A stretch of 64,000 nt of DNA. Origin: an uncultured Verrucomicrobiota bacterium (GTDB lineage Bacteria; Verrucomicrobiota; Kiritimatiellia; RFP12; UBA3636). The position numbers were made by a program, and so were the translations under genes. A model generated the notes under the pieces. It made no database searches. It saw nothing but the letters and a program-made list of their open reading frames with translations, and had not been told where the DNA came from. Each line of letters begins with the position of its first letter. The first letter of the stretch is position 1. Location of the stretch: NCBI GenBank assembly GCA_949285835.1, contig CASEAR010000117.1, positions 302 to 64,301 on the forward strand, written 5' to 3'. This document shows positions 1 through 8,371 of this stretch, piece after piece.

Positions 1-156
1 ATGAACAACTGCGCAGAAATCAACCGTATAGACTTTTTCCGGATGGAGTGATACAATGTCATATTTGAGTTGCTTGTCTTAGACTTGCATCTCCCGCAGC
101 AGTTCGTGAGAATACTCTGCAAAATAAACGCGGGAAACAGGAAAGGGATTTTTTAC

Positions 157-801
157 ATGAAAAAAGAACATAAAACGGAAACACAAACCGAAGAAACCAG
201 GCCGGAGGAAACTCCGGAGACAAACGGCGTAACCGTGGAAGAGGACCAGTCTGTGGAAACCAAATCCGCCCCCGGCAATACGGATACTGCCAACAAAAAA
301 TCGGAGGAAGAGTCGGAATCCGCAGAAGTTGCCGCGGCAAAGTCTGAAATAGAAAAACTCCGCGACAGGCTTCTGAGGCTTCAGGCTGACTTTGACAATT
401 TCAGGAAGCGCGTGGCTCGTGAAAATCTTGAGCTCATAAAAAGCGCCAACGGTGAGCTCATAGAGTCGCTTCTTCCAGTGCTGGACCATTTCGGACATGC
501 TCTGGAGTCCATGGAGAAGACCGGAGGAGGAGCGCCGGAAGCGTATGCGGAAGGCGTCCGCATCATAAATTCCGAGCTCCTGCGGACTCTCGAGCATTTC
601 GGCCTCAGCCGTATTGACTGCGTCGGCAAAGAATTCGATGCAAATCTGCACGAGGCATTGTCCACCATGCCGGGAGGAAATGTAAAACCAGGATGCATTG
701 TTGCCGAAATACGCAAGGGATATACACTTAACGGTAAAGTTCTGCGCGCGCCTCAGGTGATTGTGGCGGCGGAGAATCCCGGCGAACCTGCGGAGGAATA
801 A
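157..801 (+). CDS. grpE: Nucleotide exchange factor GrpE
   Basis: [28 protein letters not shown] and [17 protein letters not shown] motifs; ATG at 157 preferred over TTG at 70; 2 bp before dnaJ. Confidence 0.96.
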   Translation: MKKEHKTETQTEETRPEETPETNGVTVEEDQSVETKSAPGNTDTANKKSEEESESAEVAAAKSEIEKLRDRLLRLQADFDNFRKRVARENLELIKSANGELIESLLPVLDHFGHALESMEKTGGGAPEAYAEGVRIINSELLRTLEHFGLSRIDCVGKEFDANLHEALSTMPGGNVKPGCIVAEIRKGYTLNGKVLRAPQVIVAAENPGEPAEE

Positions 802-803
802 TC

Positions 804-2003
804 ATGGCTGAGCAAAAACAGGATTATTACGAGCTTCTGGGCGTATCTCGTTCGGCAACGCCGGACGAGATAAAAAAGGCCTACCGCAAACTCGCCATGA
901 AGTACCATCCCGACCACAACAAGGGGGACAAGAACGCGGAAGAAATGTTCAAAAACATTTCGGAAGCGTACGAGGTACTCAGCGATGAAAACAAGAGGCA
1001 GATGTACGACCGTTACGGTCACGAGGGGATGAAGTCCCAGTTCGGGCCGGGCGGGTTCGATTTTAGGCGCGACTTCACCCACGGCGCAGACCTCAACGAC
1101 ATCCTTAACAACATTTTCGGCGGAGGAGGAGGGAGCTTCTTCGGCGATATTTTCGGCGGGGCCGAAAGCTCCCAAAGAAGACAGCCGAACGGAGGGTCTG
1201 CCGCTGGAAACAACCTGCGCGTAGATCTCACAATAGACTTGGAGGAGGCCGTCTTCGGCTCCTCCAGGGAAATAGAGATTAAGACGAGCCGCGATTGTCC
1301 GGACTGCAAAGGTACCGGAGCCGCGGCCGGTACGACGCGTGAAACCTGCAGACACTGCAACGGCAGCGGAAGAATTGTTTCAGGACTCGGGTTCTTTAAC
1401 GTACAGCAGACGTGTCCGATATGCAACGGCGAAGGAACCGTCGTGAGAAAACCCTGCAAAACCTGCGGCGGCACCGGACGCAAACAGGAAAGAATGAAGA
1501 TTTCCGTCAAAATTCCCAAAGGCGTCGACGATGGGAACAGGATCCGCATCGCGGGCAAAGGGGAAGCCGGATACCGCGGCGGGCCAAGCGGGGACCTGTA
1601 CGTGAATCTCAGGCTGAAGCGCCACCCGCTGTTCGAACGGGACGGCGACAACCTTATCTGCACGGTTCCGGTACGTCCGGAAGTCCTTATTTCCGGAGGA
1701 GAAGCGAAAGTGCCGACTATAGACGGGTACGCGAAATTGAAGATTCCTGCCGGCACGCAAAGCGGGAAAATATTCAAATTGAGGGGCAAGGGATGCCCCA
1801 GTCTGAACGGACGCGACGTCGGAGATTTGATCGTCAGCGTAGCCGTGGAAATTCCAACACGGCTGAATTCCGCTCAGAAAAAAGCCATTCTGGACTTTCA
1901 AAACGCTTCGGAAGCGTCGCAGTATGCCGAGGAAAAACAGTTTGAGGAACTTGGCAAACGTTTCCTCGAACGCAGGGATCAGCTGCGAGCCTCGTCAAAA
2001 TAA
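804..2003 (+). CDS. dnaJ: Chaperone DnaJ
   Basis: J-domain with HPD, G/F-rich linker, four CxxCxGxG zinc motifs, C-terminal substrate domain. Confidence 0.98.
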   Translation: MAEQKQDYYELLGVSRSATPDEIKKAYRKLAMKYHPDHNKGDKNAEEMFKNISEAYEVLSDENKRQMYDRYGHEGMKSQFGPGGFDFRRDFTHGADLNDILNNIFGGGGGSFFGDIFGGAESSQRRQPNGGSAAGNNLRVDLTIDLEEAVFGSSREIEIKTSRDCPDCKGTGAAAGTTRETCRHCNGSGRIVSGLGFFNVQQTCPICNGEGTVVRKPCKTCGGTGRKQERMKISVKIPKGVDDGNRIRIAGKGEAGYRGGPSGDLYVNLRLKRHPLFERDGDNLICTVPVRPEVLISGGEAKVPTIDGYAKLKIPAGTQSGKIFKLRGKGCPSLNGRDVGDLIVSVAVEIPTRLNSAQKKAILDFQNASEASQYAEEKQFEELGKRFLERRDQLRASSK

Positions 2004-2021
2004 CCAGTCTACCCGGCTGCA

Positions 2022-2765
2022 ATGCATCGTATTCTGCACAAAACACTTGAAGAAGAGACTTCAAGCTGCATCCTTGATGCAGAAGCTTCGCATCATCTCA
2101 CCGCCGTCCTGCGCGCACGCGTGGGCGATGCGCTGACGCTGACAAACGGCAATGGGCTGTCGCGCCGCGCCGTGTATGAGGGCAGCGAGGGCAGACGCGT
2201 TCGATGCAGGTTCACGTCCGATGCGGAGAGATCTCCCCGCGAAACGCCCGAAATTATCCTCTTCCAGTGTATCGCCAAATCTGCCAGAATGGACTGGCTT
2301 GTCGAAAAAGCGGCCGAGATGGGTGTTTCCAGGATAGTTCCGCTGATTTCGCGAAGATGCTCTGTCAAACTCCGCCCCGGAGAACGGGTGGACCGATGGG
2401 CAAGAATCGCCGTCTCCGCTCTGGAACAATGCGATTCCCCTTTTTTGACGGAAGTCTGCGAACCTCAATATTTCTCCGACGCCGTTGGCCGCGGCGTGCC
2501 TGCGTTCTCGCTTGCGGGAATAATCGGCGGCAATTCCCTTCCAATACTTTCGGCATTGGCAGGCATGAGGACTGCCCCGGAACGCATACACTGGTTCGTG
2601 GGCCCTGAAGGGGATTTCGATCCCGAAGAATCGGCGGCGCTCATAAATGGAGGCGCCGTGCCTGTGAGCCTTGGCAAAAACATTCTCAGGGTCGAGACCG
2701 CCGCATTGTTCGGGATATCCGCAATAAAGGCATTCTGTGATCTGAAAAAAAAGCGGGACGCCTGA
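2022..2765 (+). CDS. rsmE: 16S rRNA m3U1498 methyltransferase
   Basis: HHLTAVLR, EKAAEMGV, VGPEGDF and SLGKNILRVETA SPOUT motifs; usual position after dnaJ. Confidence 0.93.
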   Translation: MHRILHKTLEEETSSCILDAEASHHLTAVLRARVGDALTLTNGNGLSRRAVYEGSEGRRVRCRFTSDAERSPRETPEIILFQCIAKSARMDWLVEKAAEMGVSRIVPLISRRCSVKLRPGERVDRWARIAVSALEQCDSPFLTEVCEPQYFSDAVGRGVPAFSLAGIIGGNSLPILSALAGMRTAPERIHWFVGPEGDFDPEESAALINGGAVPVSLGKNILRVETAALFGISAIKAFCDLKKKRDA

Positions 2766-2862
2766 CTGAGTTTCAGCGTAAAGCGCCACTGGGGCCCCGA
2801 CACCGGCAGAATCCGCAAGGCGTTTTCCTCAGCCGACCGGCATGGGTGTTTCTCACATGCTG

Positions 2863-3792
2863 TCAGCGCCATAAAGACGGGGCGCCCAATGACAAGGCCA
2901 GAAAGAACGCAATAATGCGCACTGCGTTTCTCAGGACGGAGCCCGCCCGCGCGGGGTGCGGATTTTCCACGCCGTCGTCCGAACGCTCAATGTGCACATC
3001 CGCAATCAGGCCCGCACCGTCTTCCACCCTGAGCGCTGGACCCGAGAAAGACCCTTCCAGAAACCCTCCGGCGCTGATGGATGCGGAGCACGACACCTGT
3101 ATCGACGACTTTACGTGCCCGTTTACAAGCAAATTTTCACAAATCAGCTCATCAAGCACAACGCTCTCCCCGGAGGCAATTTCCACCTCTGTATTCCTGC
3201 CGCCAAGCGACCCGCTGCGCAGTTTGCAGCCGGACCTCAAAACAAGCTTCTCCATAAAATTCAGAGAGCCAGTATTAGAGACATCCCCGCTGACAAATAT
3301 GCATCTTCCGGTTATTTTCGCCCCGTCGTCGAACCTCGCATCAGACATAATCCTGACATCGCCTATCGTTTCGACATCGCCAGAATACGGGCCTGACACC
3401 ATAACGTCCCCCGTCTTGAGCTTGCTCTTGCACTTCGGACAAAATGGATCGCGGAGCATACCGGTGACCGTATGCGAATACCCGCACACATAGCACACCA
3501 CGGTGCGGCGCGACGGCATCGTGCGCACTCCGGATACATTCTCCATCCCGGAAGTGCGCGGCTCCGGGTGCGGCCCCGATGCCCCGGCATCTGACGGCGG
3601 CACAGAAGTCGGCACCGCGCCAGGCCGGATCACGCGCAACGGGTTTTCAGCGTGCGTCGGAGCCGCGGTTTTCTCCTGCGGCTCCGGCTCCGCACTCACG
3701 GTACGCGCGCGCGCCCGGCCGCGTTCCGCGGCGTGTTTCACCGCCTGAACGGAAGTAAAACCGTCTATTATGCCAGACTTGCGCGCGCTCAT
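2863..3792 (-). CDS. Bactofilin-domain protein with zinc ribbon and C-terminal hydrophobic helix
   Basis: CYVC..CPKC; bactofilin-like repeats (LLVNGHVKSSIQV..ASISAGGFLEGSF..LRVEDGAGLIADV); terminal IIAFFLALSLG; follows a canonical bactofilin. Confidence 0.7.
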   Translation of the reverse strand: MSARKSGIIDGFTSVQAVKHAAERGRARARTVSAEPEPQEKTAAPTHAENPLRVIRPGAVPTSVPPSDAGASGPHPEPRTSGMENVSGVRTMPSRRTVVCYVCGYSHTVTGMLRDPFCPKCKSKLKTGDVMVSGPYSGDVETIGDVRIMSDARFDDGAKITGRCIFVSGDVSNTGSLNFMEKLVLRSGCKLRSGSLGGRNTEVEIASGESVVLDELICENLLVNGHVKSSIQVSCSASISAGGFLEGSFSGPALRVEDGAGLIADVHIERSDDGVENPHPARAGSVLRNAVRIIAFFLALSLGAPSLWR

Positions 3793-3845
3793 ACCCTATG
3801 CGAAATGCGAATCAATCTGCCTTGAAACACGCTCTTCTGTAGAGA

Positions 3846-4265
3846 TCAGCCTCTTCTTTGAGGATCCTGCTGCGGCGCGGCCGACTGCGGCAAAGGAGCA
3901 GGGCTTCCTCCCGGCATCCCTTCGGCGGACACGCCGGACGGATTCACCTCGGATTTGCCTATGAAAGTCACACCATCCTCCACTGTAAGCCGTTTGGCCC
4001 TTATGTCGCCATGAACACGCGCCGTACTCTTCATCTCTATCCTGTCCTTGGCCGTGATGTTGCCTTGAACAGTCCCGTTTATAGACACCGCCTCCACCGT
4101 GATGTTCCCCTTAACCACGGCCGACTTCCCGATCACCGCGACTCCGTTGCAGAAAAGATCTCCCACAAGCCTTCCATCCAGCTGTATCTGGCTGGAACAC
4201 TTGATACTCCCGGTTATCTCTATATCGTCGCCTATAATCGTTTTTGATACTTTATCTGCTTCCAT
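3846..4265 (-). CDS. Bactofilin (polymer-forming cytoskeletal protein, CcmA family)
   Basis: TIIGDDIEITGSI..IGKSAVVKGNI..INGTVQGNITA..ARVHGDI..LTVEDGVTFIG beta-helix pattern. Confidence 0.93.
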   Translation of the reverse strand: MEADKVSKTIIGDDIEITGSIKCSSQIQLDGRLVGDLFCNGVAVIGKSAVVKGNITVEAVSINGTVQGNITAKDRIEMKSTARVHGDIRAKRLTVEDGVTFIGKSEVNPSGVSAEGMPGGSPAPLPQSAAPQQDPQRRG

Positions 4266-4317
4266 TTTGTTGCTCCGTTCCTCTTTTACGGTTTTTGTTT
4301 TGCAAAATCATTTTACA

Positions 4318-5376
4318 TCATGGGAAAAATGACGGATGCTCCAGCCCCGTCGTTTCCGGCAGACCGAAAAGCAGGTTCATATTCTGCAGCGCAGAACCCG
4401 CCTGCCCCTTCATCAGATTGTCTATGTAGGAAACTATGCGCATCCTGTTCACACGCCGGTCCACACTCACCACAATATTGGTGTAGTTTGTACCCCGCAC
4501 ATGCATAGAGCCCACGGGTGCCGTCGATGGCAGAACACGCACAAAAACGCTGTCTTTGTAAAACTCGCGGTATACCGAAACCAGGTCTTCCTCACTCACC
4601 GGCGAAACCAAATCCGCATACAGACACGACATTATGCCGCGGCAGACCGGAACCACCTGCGCCGTAAAAGTGACCTTCACATCCTCGCCGTTCAGCAGCC
4701 TGAGCTCGCGCTCTATCTCGCACACGTGCTGGTGCCCCGCCAGCTTGTAGGCGTTCATCATTTCGTAGCGATTTGGATAATGGAACGAGGAAGACAGCTT
4801 CTTGCCGGCTCCGGATATCCCGGATTTGCAGTCGCATATCACAGAATCCGGCCTGAACAGCTTCGCCGCCGCCGCAGGCGCAAGGCCGAGAATACAGCTT
4901 ATTGCAAAACATCCCGGATTACCCACTATCCTGCGCTCCGGAGTAATCTCGCGCCGGTGAAGCTCGGGAGCCCCGTATACCGACAGAGGCAGGAGCTCAG
5001 GAGAATCGTGAACCGGATTCTTTCCTATCCTCTGCGCATATTCCGCATACTCGGACGCAGAATTAAAACGGAAATCCCCGCTGTAGTCTATCACCTTTGC
5101 CCCGCGCTCAAGTTCCGCCCCGGCGCTCTTCATCCCCACTCGATCCGGCGTGGCCATAAACACAACGTCCACCGGCTCCAGAGCCTCCGCATCTTCGGGG
5201 GAATGCACAACCTTGTCGCAAAAACCGGTCAGATGCGGCCATATTTCAGAAATCGGCTTCCCGACGCTCTCCAGCGCGACCAGCGTCGTTATCTCAGCCT
5301 GAGGATGACGCAGCAGCAATTCAATTATGCCTATGCCTCCATAGCCGCTGGCGCCCACCACCTTCACCTTTATCAT
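4318..5376 (-). CDS. argC: N-acetyl-gamma-glutamyl-phosphate reductase
   Basis: VVGASGYGG, IDYSGDFR, GNPGCF, SGISGAG, IDNLMKGQAG; start set at MIKVKVVG. Confidence 0.97.
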   Translation of the reverse strand: MIKVKVVGASGYGGIGIIELLLRHPQAEITTLVALESVGKPISEIWPHLTGFCDKVVHSPEDAEALEPVDVVFMATPDRVGMKSAGAELERGAKVIDYSGDFRFNSASEYAEYAQRIGKNPVHDSPELLPLSVYGAPELHRREITPERRIVGNPGCFAISCILGLAPAAAAKLFRPDSVICDCKSGISGAGKKLSSSFHYPNRYEMMNAYKLAGHQHVCEIERELRLLNGEDVKVTFTAQVVPVCRGIMSCLYADLVSPVSEEDLVSVYREFYKDSVFVRVLPSTAPVGSMHVRGTNYTNIVVSVDRRVNRMRIVSYIDNLMKGQAGSALQNMNLLFGLPETTGLEHPSFFP

Positions 5377-5453
5377 AACAATCGATTCCTCCGTAAACAA
5401 AACACGCGCGCCGCAAACAAGCGCACTCAAAACGCTATACTCAACCGGCCTAA

Positions 5454-5482
5454 ATTCTGTACTGCGTCCGTCCAAATGTCAA
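5454..5482 (-). promoter_or_regulatory. Putative sigma70 promoter for argC
   Basis: TTGACA-17 bp-CAGAAT on the minus strand, about 80 bp upstream of the start. Confidence 0.5.
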
Positions 5483-5533
5483 ACTATAATTAAACTCTTG
5501 ATAAACGCCGCCCCGATATGCTAAAAGAAAAAC

Positions 5534-6262
5534 ATGGACATACTTCCGGCAATAGACTTGAAAGAAGGCCGCTGCGTCAGACTGAGGCAGGGACGGGCCG
5601 AGGAAACCACCGTATATTTCGAAGATCCCGTAGAGGCCGCGCTTAAGTGGCAGTCGCTTGGAGCGGTGATGCTCCATGTCGTGGATCTCACAGGCGCGTT
5701 CAACGGACGCCCGTTTCACACGGAGGTGTTCCGCAGGATTGCCGGAGACGTGGGCATTCCGTTCGAAGTCGGAGGCGGGCTCAGAACCGATGCCGATGTA
5801 GAAGAAGTGCTCGAAGCCGGAGCGTCCAGAGTCATATTGGGAACGCGCGCCGTTTCCGACATGGAGGCCGTCAGGGCGCTTGCGGCCGCATTCCATGAAA
5901 AAATAGCGGTCGGGATCGATGCACGCGGCGGGTTCGTTCAAGTCAACGGGTGGGTTGAAACAACGACCGTACCGGCCGTGACCCTCGCGAAAAAAGTAAG
6001 GGATGCCGGTGTGCGCACCATAATATACACGGACACTGCCACGGACGGGATGCTCTCCGGTTTAAACCTCAAGGCCCTTGCTGAGATTGCCGACGCGGTA
6101 CCTGAAGTGTCGGTGATCGCCTCCGGGGGGGTGCGCACTTCGTCGGATGTCGCAGGCCTGCGCAATCTCCGCAGGAAAAACATCTCCGGCGTGATTATAG
6201 GCAAGGCTCTGTACGAGGGGACCGCCAATCTTTCCGAATGCATGGCAGAGGCTGCTCTGTAA
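5534..6262 (+). CDS. hisA: ProFAR isomerase HisA
   Basis: ILPAIDLKEGRCVRLRQG, LHVVDL, EVGGGLR, YTDTATDGMLSG, IASGGV, GKALYEG. Confidence 0.97.
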   Translation: MDILPAIDLKEGRCVRLRQGRAEETTVYFEDPVEAALKWQSLGAVMLHVVDLTGAFNGRPFHTEVFRRIAGDVGIPFEVGGGLRTDADVEEVLEAGASRVILGTRAVSDMEAVRALAAAFHEKIAVGIDARGGFVQVNGWVETTTVPAVTLAKKVRDAGVRTIIYTDTATDGMLSGLNLKALAEIADAVPEVSVIASGGVRTSSDVAGLRNLRRKNISGVIIGKALYEGTANLSECMAEAAL

Positions 6263-7977
6263 TGTCGCATTCTCAGAAATGGACTATCGCCGAGTGCGAC
6301 TGTGATTCCGTCGCCGAGCTTTCGCGTGGGTTGAGGGTGTCGCCACTTCTCGCCAGATGCCTTGCCGCAAGAGGGCTGCTGCAAAGCGATAAAGCAAAAG
6401 AGTTTCTGCTTGCGCCTCTGTCAGCGCTGCCGCTTCCCGAATCACTTCCCGGAATTCAAACCGCCGGAGATCGGATCGTCAAGGCCGTCACGGACGGCGT
6501 CTTCATATCTGTATTCGGTGATTTCGACACAGACGGCATCACTGCCGCCGTCATCGTCCACCGCATGATTGAATTCCTCGGAGGACATTCCGGAGTTTTC
6601 TTCCCGGACAGAAAACTGGAGGGATACGGATTCTCACCGAAGGCGTTTGAACGCTGCCTGAGCAAATTCCCGGCCACCGGACTCATCGTCACCGTCGATT
6701 GCGGCATTGTAAACGCCGATACGTGCTCTCTGGCTGCGGAACGCGGTCTCTCCGTAATCGTTACCGACCACCATGAGCCCAACAACCGCATTCCCGCCGA
6801 CGCCGATGCCGTCGTAGACCCACACCTGCCAGGAACGCCTGAAAAAATGCGGAACCTATGCGGCGCAGGAGTTGCCTTCACCTTGGCGCACCGTCTCGCC
6901 CGTTCCATCCCTGACGCCGTAAAACGCGCCGAAGCGGTCAAAGGACTGCTCCCTCTGGCGGCTGTCGGTACGGTCGCCGACATGGTTCCTTTAACCGGTG
7001 AAAACCGCATTATCGTAAAAAACGGACTCAAGCTCATAAACAACCGTATCTGCCCGGGAATAAATTCACTGAAAAAAACCGTCGGAATAAACGGCAAACT
7101 CTCCTCCACAAAAATAGCTTTCGCCATCGCCCCGATGATGAACGCCGCCGGAAGGATCGGCAGCCCCGACGTTGCCGCCGCGCTTCTCGAAAGCTCCTGC
7201 CCGGAGACTTCTGAAATACTTGCCGCCGTCCTTAACGATTTCAACAGAGTCAGAAGAAAACTTGAGCATGAAGCTTCCGCAAAGGCAATGGAAATGGCCG
7301 CCGCGGCACTGTCCAGACACTGCCACGCTGTGGTTCTCCACTCTCCGGACTGGCACCCGGGAATACTCGGGCTGGTGGCCTCGAGAATATCCAAAGCGCT
7401 GAATGTTCCGGCCATAGCCCTGTCGCACGAAGAAAACGGCATGCTTCACGGATCAGCGCGCATCCCGGATCATCCGAGGGCAAGCATTCTCTCCATGCTT
7501 TCAAAATGCCCCGGACTCATAGAAGAGTATGGAGGACACCGTATCGCGGCCGGGCTTTCAATAAGTCCGAAAAATCTGGAAAAATTCAAAGACGCGTTTG
7601 ACGAAGCCGCAAAACTCGAATCCGAAGCGCCTTATGTGGATGAAACCGTCATTGACGCAGAAATCAAACCGGCGGATGTAACCGCCGAAATCTGTTCGGA
7701 GCTCAACATGCTGGAACCTTTCGGCATGTGCAATCCCCTGCCCGTGTTTCTTCTCAAAAACGTCACATTATCCTCCGATCCGGTCGTTCTGGGCCGACGC
7801 GCCGACACATGGAAATTCGGGTTCCGTGAGCTTGCAGCGGCAGGAATAATGTTTCACACATCTGAAAAACCGGACATGCATGCAGGCGACACCATCGACA
7901 TGGCGGTTTCACTGAGTCTGGACATATACGGAGCGCCGGAATTAATAATACAATCGGCGAAGCAGGTCTCCACCTGA
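6262..7977 (+). CDS. recJ: Single-stranded DNA exonuclease RecJ
   Basis: FGDFDTDG, TVDCG, TDHH, GTVADMVPL, NAAGRIG, YGGH..AAG, LEPFGMCNP; TAATG overlap with hisA stop. Confidence 0.95.
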   Translation: MSHSQKWTIAECDCDSVAELSRGLRVSPLLARCLAARGLLQSDKAKEFLLAPLSALPLPESLPGIQTAGDRIVKAVTDGVFISVFGDFDTDGITAAVIVHRMIEFLGGHSGVFFPDRKLEGYGFSPKAFERCLSKFPATGLIVTVDCGIVNADTCSLAAERGLSVIVTDHHEPNNRIPADADAVVDPHLPGTPEKMRNLCGAGVAFTLAHRLARSIPDAVKRAEAVKGLLPLAAVGTVADMVPLTGENRIIVKNGLKLINNRICPGINSLKKTVGINGKLSSTKIAFAIAPMMNAAGRIGSPDVAAALLESSCPETSEILAAVLNDFNRVRRKLEHEASAKAMEMAAAALSRHCHAVVLHSPDWHPGILGLVASRISKALNVPAIALSHEENGMLHGSARIPDHPRASILSMLSKCPGLIEEYGGHRIAAGLSISPKNLEKFKDAFDEAAKLESEAPYVDETVIDAEIKPADVTAEICSELNMLEPFGMCNPLPVFLLKNVTLSSDPVVLGRRADTWKFGFRELAAAGIMFHTSEKPDMHAGDTIDMAVSLSLDIYGAPELIIQSAKQVST

Positions 7978-8008
7978 TCTGATCAATCCGGCCTTGGCGC
8001 GCCATTGC

Positions 8009-8252
8009 GCACAGGACGCGGACGCACAAGCCACAACCGTACAGGACACCGGCCCACAACCGCGCCGCACAGGACGCGAATACACAAGCCGCCACCGAGA
8101 ATCTCTTACGTCCACCGCAAGGCCGCTCCCCGCTCATCTGTCCGCCGCATTGGCGCGCATGTGGCATCGTGCACACACAACCGCGCCGCGCAGGATGCTG
8201 CCGCATTGGCGAACACTCACGTGGTGTCGCGCACACACAGCCGCAATGGCGG
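8009..8252. repeat. Degenerate short direct-repeat tract between convergent genes
   Basis: ACAGGAC at 8011, 8041 and 8069; GCCGCA(T/A)TGGCG at 8144, 8200 and 8240; CACAACCGCGCCGC twice. Confidence 0.6.
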
Positions 8253-8371
8253 GCACGCAAGATGTCGCGCACGCGCATTACGAGAGCGGTGCGCGACATG
8301 CAAAACCGCGCTTCGTACGAACCCTCCAAGGCCCGGTACACAGTCTTGCTTCTAAAAACCCGGTTGCGGCG

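Noticed and set aside
26..54. CIRCE-like half-site GAGTGATAC upstream of grpE
   Set aside because: The left arm does not match TTAGCACTC at 9-bp spacing
157..2765. grpE-dnaJ-rsmE without dnaK or prmA
   Set aside because: Split chaperone operons are common; dnaK is probably elsewhere in the genome
4336..5493. Long antisense or alternate-frame ORFs (also 19601-21043, 23228-24514, 34458-35864, 57375-59033)
   Set aside because: Shadows of well-supported genes in GC-rich DNA, with no recognisable motifs
7371..7378. GCTGGTGG, the E. coli Chi sequence, in a recBCD-containing genome
   Set aside because: Only one occurrence noticed, inside recJ; Chi sequences are lineage-specific
8009..8252. Possible CRISPR array
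   Set aside because: Repeats are short, degenerate and irregularly spaced, with no unique spacers and no cas genes
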